Source: Naegleria gruberi
Lineage: Eukaryota
DNA: 64,000 nt
Assembly (NCBI GenBank): GCA_000004985.1
Contig: GG738846.1
Direction: 5' to 3' (one strand)
Made by a program: the position numbers and the translations under genes. The notes under the pieces were generated by a model. The model worked only from the letters and a program-made list of their open reading frames with translations, searched no databases and was not told where the DNA came from. Below, piece after piece: positions 1 to 12,300 of the stretch. Position 1 is the stretch's first letter. Every line of letters begins with the position of its first letter.

Positions 1-1
1 A

Positions 2-458
2 AATGAAAATACAATTATTACCACTTCATTTGAAGATAATACAAATAATAATACAAATAATAATATAAATGAATCATCATCATCTTCATTACAAGAACAA
101 TATCATACAGGTACAATATTTCATTTAGAAATACAAAATAATGAATTTATTACATTAGATACAATTACAAATTTAAAATATGGTATATTTGATATGAAAT
201 ATAATATTAATTATCCATTATTAGCTGTATGTCATACTAATAATAGTATATCTATTTATAGATTAATTAATAATTATAAAAATTTAAAATTAGAAATTGA
301 ATATAAATTTGATAATAATAATACAATGATTACATCTATTGATTGGAATGATTTTATTAATAATAATAATAATTTAAATAATAATAATTCTAATAATTCT
401 AATAATTCTAATAATAATAATTTACAATTAATTTGTAGATCAGGATCTTTAGTGAGGA
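2..458 (+). CDS. Partial CDS running from the window edge into the assembly gap. N-rich, possible beta-propeller/WD-like segment (…TGTIFHLEIQNNEF…SIDWND…). It has no start in the window and the rest is lost in the N gap.
   Basis: Frame 2 is open from nt 2 to the gap with AT-rich coding codon usage. No recognisable catalytic motif. Confidence 0.3.
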
Positions 459-1187
459 NNNNNNNNNNNNNNNNNNNNNNNNNNNNNNNNNNNNNNNNNN
501 NNNNNNNNNNNNNNNNNNNNNNNNNNNNNNNNNNNNNNNNNNNNNNNNNNNNNNNNNNNNNNNNNNNNNNNNNNNNNNNNNNNNNNNNNNNNNNNNNNNN
601 NNNNNNNNNNNNNNNNNNNNNNNNNNNNNNNNNNNNNNNNNNNNNNNNNNNNNNNNNNNNNNNNNNNNNNNNNNNNNNNNNNNNNNNNNNNNNNNNNNNN
701 NNNNNNNNNNNNNNNNNNNNNNNNNNNNNNNNNNNNNNNNNNNNNNNNNNNNNNNNNNNNNNNNNNNNNNNNNNNNNNNNNNNNNNNNNNNNNNNNNNNN
801 NNNNNNNNNNNNNNNNNNNNNNNNNNNNNNNNNNNNNNNNNNNNNNNNNNNNNNNNNNNNNNNNNNNNNNNNNNNNNNNNNNNNNNNNNNNNNNNNNNNN
901 NNNNNNNNNNNNNNNNNNNNNNNNNNNNNNNNNNNNNNNNNNNNNNNNNNNNNNNNNNNNNNNNNNNNNNNNNNNNNNNNNNNNNNNNNNNNNNNNNNNN
1001 NNNNNNNNNNNNNNNNNNNNNNNNNNNNNNNNNNNNNNNNNNNNNNNNNNNNNNNNNNNNNNNNNNNNNNNNNNNNNNNNNNNNNNNNNNNNNNNNNNNN
1101 NNNNNNNNNNNNNNNNNNNNNNNNNNNNNNNNNNNNNNNNNNNNNNNNNNNNNNNNNNNNNNNNNNNNNNNNNNNNNNNNNNNNNNN
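459..1187. other. Assembly gap (run of N's)
   Basis: 729 consecutive n characters. Confidence 0.98.
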
Positions 1188-1253
1188 AATTTGAGCATGT
1201 TGATCTCAGTATGCTATTGAGATATTATTTGTACTGAGTTGAATATTCCACAC

Positions 1254-2398
1254 TTATTTATTCTTACTAGTAGTAGTAACAACTGAACTAGCACTTGTTG
1301 CAGTGTCACTAATAATTTTATCAGCTAAAAAGGTTGGAAGTAATGGAACAATAATTCTACTAGCTTTTCCTTTCAAAGTTACCATTTCTTCAGCAATTCC
1401 CAATTCAATTGAATCAATAGCAATGGATGCAAATTGTTCAGGTGAAATAAATTTACTTCTCTCACGAACAACACCATTCTCAGCACCAAATGAATTTGCT
1501 TGGAAATCAGTATAAACATGAGGTGGACATAAAACAGTAACATCAATCTTTCCTTTCATTTCAATTCTCAATGTATGGAAAAATCCATTAACTGCATGTT
1601 TCGATGAAACATAGGCTGTTCTTAATGGAGGTGTATATTTACCACTCAAACTACTAACAACTGCAATCTTTGGTCTATTGATAATAGTATTTGGATTTGA
1701 TAATTTCATACTTGGAAGTGCATAATGAACTGGATAAACAGCTCCCCAACTGTATATTGTAAATATTAGTCAACCAAATTTCAATGAAATTTTAAAAACA
1801 TACAAATTGACATCCATCAATTTTTTATGTTGTTCCAAATTAGTAGATTCATCAAATCTCTTTTTCATTCCAATTCCAGCATTTAAAATTAAAATATGAA
1901 TTTCCTTATTATTTAAAACTTGTAAAGTATCAGAAATAAATGTTTTACAAGATTCTTCATTAGAAACATCAAGATAAATGACATGACATTGCTCAGCTCC
2001 CTTTTTTAAACATTCTTCTTTAACTTGATTTAAATTTTCAACATTTCTAGCTCCTAAAACAAGTGTTGCTCCCATACTAGCATATTGACCAGCTATTGTT
2101 GCTCCAATACCTATTTAATAATTTAATATTATTATAATTAAATAATTTAATAATTTAATATTATTATAATATGATATCATCCAATATTAATTTCATCATG
2201 ATCATCATCAATTCTTTTGATAATGATATTATATTAACACATACCACCTGAAGCACCAGTAATAACAACATTAATTCCCTTATAACTAGTTGATGTTTTT
2301 GGTTTGATCTTTAATTTCCGAATAATCCATTCATCCAATGCCACTGTTCTAAATAGAATTATCAAAACAATAATTAACAATAAAAGTGTTATGTACAT
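1254..2398 (-). CDS. Short-chain dehydrogenase/reductase with an N-terminal membrane anchor, 11-beta-hydroxysteroid-dehydrogenase-like. Three exons: 2398..2245, 2110..1804, 1749..1254.
   Basis: N-terminal TM helix (MYITLLLLIIVLIILF). The Rossmann motif VITGASGGIGA is reconstituted across the intron 2111-2244 (GTATGT…AG). NAGI motif. MDVNFWGAVYPVHYALP is reconstituted across the intron 1750-1803. Catalytic YVSSK (YxxxK) is present. Confidence 0.8.
2104..2172. repeat. Direct tandem duplication of about 33 bp inside the first SDR intron: taataatttaatattattataat occurs twice.
   Basis: Read directly at about 2115-2138 and again at about 2149-2171. Confidence 0.7.
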
Positions 2399-2501
2399 TT
2401 TTTTTTGAAAAGCCTTCAAAGCCTAAATCAAATTGCAAAGGCTTCCTTGCTATTGTTTACTTTAAAATCATGAATTTAAACAAAATTAAACAATAACGAG
2501 T

Positions 2502-3308
2502 TTACTTTTCCTTCATAATTTCCTTTTCTTTTTGATCAACTAGATTATCAATTTTAGTAATCATGTCATCAGTTAATTTTTGTAAAACTTGTTCATCATG
2601 GAAAATGTCATCCTTTGAAGCACCTTCCTTTTGAGCTTTAATTTTAGTCATTCCATTTCTTCTTAAATCTCTAATTTTATCCTTTGCACCTTCAGCAATC
2701 TTTTTAGCATTCTTTACAACATTTTCACGCATTTCCTTTGTCATTTTTGGTATTGGAATATCAATTGAATTTTCATTAATTTGTTGTGGATTTAAACCTA
2801 AATCTTCTGAAGCAATTGATTTGGAAATTGCACCTGTTGTAGTCTTATCAAAAACATTTAAAGTTAAACATTTTGGATTTTTAACAACAATAGATGCCAA
2901 TGATTTAAGTGGACGTTTAGAATCATCATTCATTGTAATCATTACATTTTCAACAAGTGATGGATTAGCACCTGAACCAGATCTTAATTCTGAAAGTTGT
3001 TTTTGACTTGATTGAACAAATTTATCCATCTTTTCACAAATATCTTTATAATTGAGAGCATCAGTAGCAAAACTATCTAATTTACCACTAAGTGTTTTTT
3101 GTTTTGGTGGTGGAGCCTTGGCATATGAACATTGTTGAAGGCTTGATGTCGGAATAATAATAGAATGTTTAATTAATGATGATGATGAAGAAGCTGATGA
3201 AGATGAAGCCTTTAAGAATGTTGTTGTTGTAACTCCTCTCAATGAATGAAGCATGTTACCTCCCCTATGGAGAGTTGTTGAAAATTTACGAAGTGATGAA
3301 GAGAACAT
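2502..3308 (-). CDS. Ribosome recycling factor (organellar/mitochondrial RRF) with an N-terminal presequence
   Basis: The RRF domain is recognisable: …RSGSGANPSLVENVMI…, ASEDLGLNPQQ…IPIPKMTKEMRENVVKNAKKIAEGAKDKIRDLRR…QKLTDDMITKIDNLVDQKEKEIMK. The N-terminus is S/T/R-rich and looks like a targeting peptide. Single exon with an ATG start. Confidence 0.85.
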   Translation of the reverse strand: MFSSSLRKFSTTLHRGGNMLHSLRGVTTTTFLKASSSSASSSSSLIKHSIIIPTSSLQQCSYAKAPPPKQKTLSGKLDSFATDALNYKDICEKMDKFVQSSQKQLSELRSGSGANPSLVENVMITMNDDSKRPLKSLASIVVKNPKCLTLNVFDKTTTGAISKSIASEDLGLNPQQINENSIDIPIPKMTKEMRENVVKNAKKIAEGAKDKIRDLRRNGMTKIKAQKEGASKDDIFHDEQVLQKLTDDMITKIDNLVDQKEKEIMKEK

Positions 3309-3445
3309 TTTTTTTTAAAATTTAAATTGAAAAAATATTTATTTGCTGTTTATTTTGATTTGTTTCTCTCTTAGCACACAATTATTAAAACATTTAAATT
3401 AATATTAAAAGAGAAGAGTACAACAAACATTTTATTATCTATAAA

Positions 3446-6400
3446 TCAAGTAACCATTCTCTTTAATAAAGTAACAATATTATTTCTTAATAAAGAAGTA
3501 ACAGGGAAGAATGCACTTAAAAAAGCTGAAATGAATGCAACAGCAATGACAATTAAAATTAATTCCCATGGAACATAAACACTGACAGGTAGTTCAGTAA
3601 ATAAATTTGATTGAAGTGACATTGTAAAACCCAAAACAAAACCAATTACAATTCCAATTAAAGAAGCACTCAATACTAATACAAGTGCTTCATAAACATA
3701 TAATCTTTGTATGAAAAACTTTTTACATCCAATTGCTCTTAAAATTGCAATTTCTTTTGTTTGTTCTTGAATATTTGTATATAAAGAAGAAACTAAACTA
3801 AAGAAACACATAATCATTGATAATATAGTTACAAAATATAATAGGAAATTTGTAGCTTGAAGTGCAACATTAATTGTACCTAAATCATCATTTGCATCCT
3901 TAATAGATAATGATAAATATCTTAAATAGGAATTTAATTCCTTTTTAAATTTTGAAACTTGAGATTCTTGTGCATTCTTATTAATATCAATAAATAATCT
4001 TTCAATTGGAATTTCACTCATTGATTTAAATGTACCATTTGCAATTCTAAAATAGGATGGAAATGAAATGATAGCATGTTGAGCTGTTGTACTTGGAAAT
4101 GATGAAAATGTAAAAAATGGAGCATTTGTTAAAAAACACATTGGTCTCATTAATCTATAACTATAAATTGGATATTTTGGTGTTGGTGTTACAAATTCAA
4201 TTAATACTGTATCATTTTCCTTATTTGAAATTGATAATAAATCTTTAAATGTACCACCAAGTATTATATTTTCTGATCCTTTTTGAGTATATAATAATTC
4301 ACTAATAGTTTGTGGTGAATAGACATTTTCACCATTGGCTGTCATAAATATTGCACTCGATGGCCTTGTATGAAACATTAAAAAATAAGGATCCGTTACA
4401 GATATGAAATTAGGTGGTACAGCACGTATAGTTAATGTACCATAATTAAATTGACCTGGTGGATATATTTTCTGATCCTTATTATAGGGAGTATAATAAT
4501 GTATTGGATAGGTCATGTATGTAAAATCATTTACAATATTGGGTCTATAACTTTCAATAAATGATTCAATTTGTTGACTATAATCTTTCAAATCAAAGCT
4601 GTAATTATCTTTAATAATAATTCGAGTTCCAAAATCTTGTAAAATTTGATATTTAAAATTTGCTAATTGTAAATTAAATGCAATTGCAACAAAAATAACA
4701 AATCCCAATGACATGGCATACATGATTGTTGTTTTTCTATTACGTAAACGATGTGCAATTAGATTTTTTAAAATTAATTGTCTAATTGCAACACTTTCCC
4801 AAAATAGTAATATTGTTGTAAAGAATGTTTCAATCATATTTTCCAAATTAAGAGCTAATACAACTAAACCTAATAACATTCCTAATAATACAGCAAAAAA
4901 CATTGTTAATAAAAAGTTTAAATTTAAAGTTAATAAACTTAGAGGAAAGAAATAATAAACACAAAATCCAGAAATTACAATTAATCCAGGAATTACAACT
5001 AAACTTGTTGAAATTGAAGTTTCTGAATTTCTTTCAATTGAATATTCAACTGATTTTGTTTTACTTCTTTCTGTATCAAGTGAATCATGTAAATTTTGAC
5101 CTAATGCTGCTTTAATTGGTAATAAACTTGCTAATAATGGAATTAAAATACCTAAACAAATTGAAACTATAACTGATGTATAATCTAATAGACGTGAAAT
5201 TTCATTAGTTTCAAAAAAATAACTTAATAAATATGAAATTCCAATATAAATCATTCCACCTAAAAATAGACCAATTACTAAACCTGGAATTGAATATAAA
5301 AAAGCTTGTTGTATAATTAATTGTACAACTCCTTTTCTATGCATTCCAATCATTCTTAAAACACCAATTTCAAATGTTCTATTTTCAACATTAATCATTA
5401 ATAATGAATAAATTAATATTGTTGATAATATTGTTAATATTGTAATAATAATATTTATAATTAATCCTAAAAACATTGAAACAAATCTTAAATCATTTAA
5501 ATAAACTAAAATTGGATAATTTTGACTAATTTGATTAAATCCAATAAAATAAGAAATTGAAGAACCAAATTTAACAATCATTTCTTTAACTTGTGAAAAT
5601 TGTTGTAAATTATATTTTTGTATACGTGTTGGTGATAAATTAAAATATAAAATTGGTGAATATTCTCTTAAATTTAATTGTTCAATTTGTTTTTTAATTT
5701 CAAAATTATAATTTAAATTTAAATATTTTGTAATTGATTTTAAAAAATTATTATAATCAATAAAAATATAATTATTAACTGAATATTCCATTTTTCTATA
5801 ATTTGTTGATAAAATATCTTTAATTTTAAAAGGTGCATATGTTAAATATTCATTTTTATCAATTAAATCATTAAAATTATTATAATTTTTAATAATTGTA
5901 AAAATGGAAGAAACATTTACTTGTAATAAAATAAAATCATTAATTTTTAAATCTAAATTATCAGCCAATACTTGAGAAATGTAAATTTCATTCTCATTCA
6001 ATTTTACATCTTTATCAAATGATCTTCCAAATTCCATTCTCTTTTCACCTTCCAAATCAAGTATATAAATTGATGTTTTATAAAAAGATGAACAATATTT
6101 TGGAATACAATTACTTGTACATCCCAATGATGAAATATTATAAAACCATGATATTTTGGAATATTCTTCAATTGTTGATATATTAAAATGTAAATCATTA
6201 AATTGATTATTAAATTGACATGATTTTGTTGTAAAAACATTTCCACTCCATTGAATTCTAGGTGAAAAATAGGAATATTCCTTTTCATAATCATTTTTAC
6301 CAATTGCTTTTAATAAATTTGATTCAACTTGTGAAATGTTAAATAATAGTGTGGATGGTGAATTTGTATTTGGTGTTAAAACAATGTCAGATTCAAATTG

Positions 6401-7585
6401 TGTATTTTCTGCTAATCTTAAAAATATAATTGGAACTTGTTGAAGTACTGATAATGCAATACAAACTACAATTACAACTAATACACATGATCCAACTCCT
6501 AATAAATATGCTAATTTCCTTTTACGTATTTCTCTAAAATTATGTGAAAAATAGGTCATGTATAAAAATAGTAATGACATGATGAATTTTTTAATTTCTA
6601 TAAATGTTGGAAATTTAAAATTTCTAATTTTACTTTTTAAATGTGATAATTTTGAATAAATAATTTTACTTTTACCATTATTAGTATTATTATTAGAATT
6701 ATTATTAGAATTGGGTATATTATTATTATTAGAGGTAGAAGAAATAATTTGATGAGGTAAATTAGAATGATGATCATTCATTTGACTTCTATATGTTAAT
6801 TGAGAAGTTACTAGTGCTGATTCTCTTTTAAGAGAAATGTCTCTTGAATCATTCATTGTCGGTTGAGTATTAGTAGTAACATTGTTACTATTAATTGATG
6901 ATGAATGAACACCATGATCATGTTTTTTCAATTGTTGTTGTTGTTGTTGGTGATGATGAGGTAAATGTTGTTGAATAATCTTTTTTAATTCTTCATTTTC
7001 TAATTGTAATTGTTTTAGAATATCGAGAGGAGGTTGTTGTTGATCATGATGAGAATTATTGGTTGATGATGATGATGATGAAGAGGATGAGGTTGAAGTA
7101 TGACGATTTGATGTTGTATGAACATTTCCAGAGGCTATTGTTGGATGATGATGATTGTGAGCACCATCATATTCTTCTAATTCAATTTCTAATGTTGTTG
7201 ATGATGATTGTGATGATTTGGGACTGGTTGTGCTAGCACTATTTTGTTTTAATTGTTGATTCATCATCATGTGATTATTATTGCTACTAGTAGTGGTAGC
7301 GGAATTACTTGTATTATTACTTGTATGATGAGCAGTTGTTGCTGTTGCTGTTGTTTGAATGTGATGAGGAGGTTCTTCATCTTCTTGGTTATTATTGTTG
7401 ATTATTAAATTGGATGAACTAATATTGGATTCCGGAGTAGAATAATTGTCAATGAGTGAAGAAGTGGCTATTGTTACTCCTTCTTCTACATGTTGAACAG
7501 TGTTTTCCAATGATGGTTCAACTCCATTCGCAGATGGTTCAACTCCATGAAGTTGTTGTTGGTGTTGAGAACCTCTGTCCATCAT
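3446..7585 (-). CDS. Large membrane protein with two FtsX-type (MacB-like, DUF214) permease domains and a long N/S/Q/H-rich N-terminal low-complexity region
   Basis: There are two FtsX signatures: …FEIGVLRMIGMHRKGVVQLIIQQAFLYSIPGLVIGLFLG… and …EIAILRAIGCKKFFIQRLYVYEALVLVLSASLIGIVIGFVLG… Each is followed by TM helices. Single ORF of 1379 aa with an ATG at 7585. Confidence 0.7.
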   Translation of the reverse strand: MMDRGSQHQQQLHGVEPSANGVEPSLENTVQHVEEGVTIATSSLIDNYSTPESNISSSNLIINNNNQEDEEPPHHIQTTATATTAHHTSNNTSNSATTTSSNNNHMMMNQQLKQNSASTTSPKSSQSSSTTLEIELEEYDGAHNHHHPTIASGNVHTTSNRHTSTSSSSSSSSSTNNSHHDQQQPPLDILKQLQLENEELKKIIQQHLPHHHQQQQQQLKKHDHGVHSSSINSNNVTTNTQPTMNDSRDISLKRESALVTSQLTYRSQMNDHHSNLPHQIISSTSNNNNIPNSNNNSNNNTNNGKSKIIYSKLSHLKSKIRNFKFPTFIEIKKFIMSLLFLYMTYFSHNFREIRKRKLAYLLGVGSCVLVVIVVCIALSVLQQVPIIFLRLAENTQFESDIVLTPNTNSPSTLLFNISQVESNLLKAIGKNDYEKEYSYFSPRIQWSGNVFTTKSCQFNNQFNDLHFNISTIEEYSKISWFYNISSLGCTSNCIPKYCSSFYKTSIYILDLEGEKRMEFGRSFDKDVKLNENEIYISQVLADNLDLKINDFILLQVNVSSIFTIIKNYNNFNDLIDKNEYLTYAPFKIKDILSTNYRKMEYSVNNYIFIDYNNFLKSITKYLNLNYNFEIKKQIEQLNLREYSPILYFNLSPTRIQKYNLQQFSQVKEMIVKFGSSISYFIGFNQISQNYPILVYLNDLRFVSMFLGLIINIIITILTILSTILIYSLLMINVENRTFEIGVLRMIGMHRKGVVQLIIQQAFLYSIPGLVIGLFLGGMIYIGISYLLSYFFETNEISRLLDYTSVIVSICLGILIPLLASLLPIKAALGQNLHDSLDTERSKTKSVEYSIERNSETSISTSLVVIPGLIVISGFCVYYFFPLSLLTLNLNFLLTMFFAVLLGMLLGLVVLALNLENMIETFFTTILLFWESVAIRQLILKNLIAHRLRNRKTTIMYAMSLGFVIFVAIAFNLQLANFKYQILQDFGTRIIIKDNYSFDLKDYSQQIESFIESYRPNIVNDFTYMTYPIHYYTPYNKDQKIYPPGQFNYGTLTIRAVPPNFISVTDPYFLMFHTRPSSAIFMTANGENVYSPQTISELLYTQKGSENIILGGTFKDLLSISNKENDTVLIEFVTPTPKYPIYSYRLMRPMCFLTNAPFFTFSSFPSTTAQHAIISFPSYFRIANGTFKSMSEIPIERLFIDINKNAQESQVSKFKKELNSYLRYLSLSIKDANDDLGTINVALQATNFLLYFVTILSMIMCFFSLVSSLYTNIQEQTKEIAILRAIGCKKFFIQRLYVYEALVLVLSASLIGIVIGFVLGFTMSLQSNLFTELPVSVYVPWELILIVIAVAFISAFLSAFFPVTSLLRNNIVTLLKRMVT

Positions 7586-7832
7586 GATTAGTTTTTTTCT
7601 GCTTGAAATATCAATAGAATATTGTGATGTTCAGACAACCAGATTATAATGTATGTGTGCTTTTACAAGTCATCTAAGGAATCAAATGTTCATTTCATAA
7701 TAGAACGCACTAATTCCTTTTAGACAAGTTACTCAATCCTGATAACATGTAACAAAATATTCTCCGTATTAAGAGTTCAAAAGGGCACCCAACAACATTT
7801 ATTTCAATAATTATCAGCTTTTGTACAAATTG

Positions 7833-9251
7833 TTAATGTTTATTCTTCTGTGAAACTGCTGAAATGACATTGTTGTGAAAATTATCTGTGCCTACCTCAA
7901 CAGACCTACACCCATTTACAATATTTTCAATTTCACTCTTGTATCTTTGTGCCATTTGAGATCGATACCTTTCCAATTCCAGTATTCTTTGTTTGGCAGC
8001 TTCATTCTTTTCTTTAATTTCTCTACAATGTGCTTCTTGGGCTTCTTTTTCTTTTAGTGCATCATTTTCCATTGACATGGCTCGTTCCAGTTTTTCATAG
8101 AATTGACCTTCAATTCTTTCAATCTTTTCTGAAAGTGATTGATTTTGTTTTTCTTGTTGCTTTTTTAAATTATCAAATTCCATTAATTTGGACTGTAATT
8201 TTTCAATTGATTCTTGTTTCGTCTTGTTACTCTTTGTAATTTCCTTCTTCTTATTTCTAAGCTCTTCTAACTGTTCTGCCAACACTATCGATTTGGAAAG
8301 AATTTTAGTGAATTGTTCTGCATTTTTCATATCTGATAAAGTGAGTTGTTGAATTTCTTCTTCTAACGTTTTAAGTTCTCTATGACTTGTTTCTATACAT
8401 GTTCTGAGAAGTGAAATTTTCTTTTTCAAATCGTCTGGATTTGAAACAATTTGAGATTTAAGTGATTGGTTTTCCTTGGTTACCACTTCAAGATGATGAT
8501 GTGAAATATCAATTTCCTTATCTAAATGCTCATTTTCTGCTTGAACATTTTGTAATGTCACTTTGAGTTCCATATCTTTCAAATTCATTTCTTGTATGGC
8601 TTGTGTCATTTCTCTCACTTTGTCTCCTAGAATTTTAAGTTTACCTTCATTAACCTTTTCTTGTTCTTTGTATGAATTTAATGCATTATTGTCTCTTTCA
8701 AGAGCAATTAGTAATTCTTGTTTTTCATTTTGAAGATTATCAAATTCTGAAATAATATCATTGTAAACTTCAATTATCTGTTCTCTAAATCTTGCCAAAT
8801 TTAAGAATGCGTACAAGGCTAGTTTAAATCTCTTTGGTTCTGGTTTAATAATATCCGTAACTGAGAAGTCACTCAATTTGCCAATCACCAATACTTTTTG
8901 ACTATCAAAAAAGGCTTGAAATCAAACTTTAATTACTACTTACATCTTTTTAAATACTTCAATAAATTCCAATATATTAGTGTACACGTCCAAACTTTCT
9001 CCTTGTGTTGGTGCTTGAGAAATATATTCTCTATTTCGTTGTTTAATATCTTCAATGGTTTCATCAAGGAATTTTTCCATACAACTTCCAAAAACTTTTA
9101 ATGCAAGGTCCGGATTAGGTTTGGTAAAATTTTCTTGGGTGAGAGTAGGCACCACACCCATCTCAACCAGACTTTTGATCAATGTTGAGAGAGAAATATT
9201 TGTTGGAATGGAATACTCTGGTGAGAGTTGTTGGCCGTTGATTTTCTTCAT
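7833..9251 (-). CDS. NUF2: Kinetochore protein Nuf2 (Ndc80 complex): N-terminal CH-like domain plus a long coiled coil. Two exons: 9251..8944 and 8901..7833.
   Basis: LTQENFTKPNPDLALKV… and DFSVTDIIKPEPKRFKLALYAFLNLARFREQ align with the Nuf2 N-domain (human …LTKNDLYPNPKPEV… and [31 protein letters not shown]). The intron at 8902-8943 is 42 nt (GTAAGT…AG). The C-terminal 300 aa are coiled coil. Confidence 0.8.
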
Positions 9252-9398
9252 TTTTTTTGTTTGTGTTTAAATTTAAACAACAGACTTTTTGGCGGTAAAC
9301 GTTGCACCTTTTCTCTGTAACGGCAATCAAACATCAAAGGTTGTCGCTTAATGAAATATCAAATTCCATTTAATTCTTTTTAAATGTTATGATAATCT

Positions 9399-12300
9399 TT
9401 ATTGATATTTAACATTAATGCCTAGACATTTTACAGTTTGGTTGTCTTCTTTTCTATTTATGTACAGTAATATTTCAGCAGAGCCAATTGTAAAACATGG
9501 AAAGAATTTCATATAAATTACATGACGCTGACTTGGTTGTAAAGTTACTTCTTCAACTTTCAAACCAAGTAGCTCAGGATGATTAGTTGTTATAGTATAT
9601 ACTTGAGTACGTTGTTCAGTGTTAATAAAGGAAAGTTTAAGCTTTTCAGTTGAATTAGTTGGTATCACATGATTATATGTTTTGGATTTCTCTTGATGTT
9701 GAATATTAATTTTGAAAAAGTATTTGGCAAGTACTTTGGTTTGATTTCCACCATCTAAAATGTGGAATAAAGTGTACTTTGTTCCAGTTTCAACATTTAA
9801 TTGAGGTTTGTATTCAACACGTAGTTCTTCTCCATTAATTTCACAATTAATTTCATCTGTAACAACTGATGAATCACATCTCACGTATGGGTTACTAGAG
9901 GCAAACTTTTTAGGTATTAAATACTCTGCATAATTTGTTTGTCCTATCAATGCATCTATTATAAACCTATAATTGGTTAAAAAACAATATTAAGGTGGTA
10001 CTTACGTTTCAATTGGATTCACAGTTACTTTCCATATTTCAATTAATTTGTGGAAATATTGATCACCATATATCAACACAAATCCATTCGATGAAGATGA
10101 GTTTACCAGTGTTGTTTTGAGTTCAATACTTGTGAATGATGAATTCTATTGTTGCGTGTTGGGATAAAATGGTGATAATTTTAAAACTTACATTTGAATA
10201 TGAGCTTGTTGATGCATAGACATTTCCAGTTGTCTTTACAAGAATATTAGAAATATTTTCTCTATTTTCGTGTCCAAAATCTTGCAGTGAATATCTCAAT
10301 TTCTTTTTAAAAGGCACTCTTGAGGTTAGGCTTTCAACTGGATGATTAAACTCCAAGTTCTAAAAATCATTATCAATTTGATGACACAATATTAAAAAAA
10401 CCTACCTGACTAAAGGAAAAGTTTCTTGGTACAACTCTTATTTTACAAACATGCAGTATTGATCCAGTGCTATTTTTGATTAAAACTTTGATTTCCTCAT
10501 TATTACTATCTTCATACAGTTCCGAAAATGATTGGTACTTGAATGGTATTCTTAATTGGGCTCCACTTTTCATGGCGAATCTATAAACAAAATTTCCTTG
10601 ACTTTGCAGTTGCATACAATTCCATTCTTGATGAAATCTACTTAATTCCATTCTTTCTTCTTCCGAATGAACTACTGATAAATTAAGAGATTTAGATTGC
10701 TCAATATCTATCGTAAAAGCATGATCCTTGGAGTACATATTCTTGAAAGTTAGCTCAAAAAATGATAAGTCACCAAATGAAGCATAAATAACTCTAAAGG
10801 AGGTCATCATATCTTCTACTTGATGTAAAATAATATTTGATTTCTCTTTCTTTCTATAATCCATAATACTCATCATTTTCTGTTTGCAAAAGTCTCTTAA
10901 TTCTTCGTTTGTAAATAACTCCAGATCCTTATTTGTTGGTTCTTTAAGGCTTGTAAGGAAATTATATTGTTCATATAAACTTTGAACTGGTCCTTCTATT
11001 TTCTTTTTTGATTGCTCATACTTTTGCTTGGCCTTTACAAATTTGTTTTGTTGAGATTCGGCAACTTTACCAACATTGACTGTTGAAACGAATATTTTTC
11101 CTAGATGTTTGCCTTTGATTACATCAGTGAATCCTTCATCGTTTATCAAACCTTCCATAGCTTCGACCACATCATACTCTTTAGTGTATTTTACACTTGT
11201 TTCAGAGTTATTTCTTATAAAAAGGTTCATTGGTATTCTGATAACGCCAAACTTGAATCTGGTTTCAGCATCAAAAATATCCACAAACAAGCTATCATGT
11301 TCAAGATAGGAAAGAAAATTATGATACTCTTCTTCAGTTACTGAGCTAGGATCAAGTGTAAATTTCAACTGCAACCCATAATTACCACTGAAAGCATCTT
11401 TATCTTTCAGCGATAAAACGTAGATTTCTTCCTCCTCGAATGATGCAGGTTCAATAAGAAATAGAGGGGTTTTGCTTGTGTCTGTTGGACTAAATGTGAA
11501 AACCTTGAACCTAAAGTACATTGAACTTGGAAAGTTTACATCTTTGAAGAGTTAATTGAATTGTTGAATACTACTACTTACTAGTTTTTGGTGAAAAAGA
11601 AAGAAAATTAAAGTATAGGTTGTGAGACAACAGTTTTGCAGACTCATCTACAGCTGTTTCCTTTCCATCTTGCACCAGCTTTCTTCCATGCATATCTTCA
11701 GCTGTGTTGAACTTTAAACTGTTCATATGGTTCTTAATTTCTTTTGTTAAATCTCTTGATCTTCCCAATTCAATCATTTCATCTTTGTGATAGTTTGATG
11801 TTGGCATTGCTAGATGGTCCAAATCAGATCCTGGTGTGCTCAACTGTTCCAAAACATAGTCGTGATATTCCTTTCTTGTTTTGGGCGTATGTGGAGGCTC
11901 TTCCTCTTGTATTTCTTGAACTTGTGGCAGTACTTCTGGTTCATCAGCTGGCTGCTCCTCAACTGCAACATCTTCATAAGTAATTTCAGGAGTTGCAATA
12001 GGTTGTTCTTCTTGCTGATCTACAGCCACATCCTCCGTTTCTTCCTCCTGGTTTGGTTCCTCTTCCTCTGGTTCTTCCTGAATAACTTCTCTTATTGGAG
12101 GTGTTTTTGGTGGTGGTTGATGTTCTGGTACCTTAATTTGTTCCTCTATTTGCTGCTGTTTTTGTGGAGGCTTAGTTTTTTCAGCCGATAATGGTTTTTC
12201 ATTTTCAGCTCCAGTTTCAAAATTGAATTTTATCATGAATGGATCTGGTCTATCCGAGATGGTTGTTGGTATTTTGAAGATTGGTTTACCAGAGAAACTC

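Noticed and set aside
1188-1237. Tail of the gap-spanning ORF after the N run (…FEHVDLSMLLRYYLY*)
   Set aside because: The ORF track's 194..1237 'protein' is mostly X from the N gap. The 16 codons after the gap cannot be linked to the upstream partial CDS.
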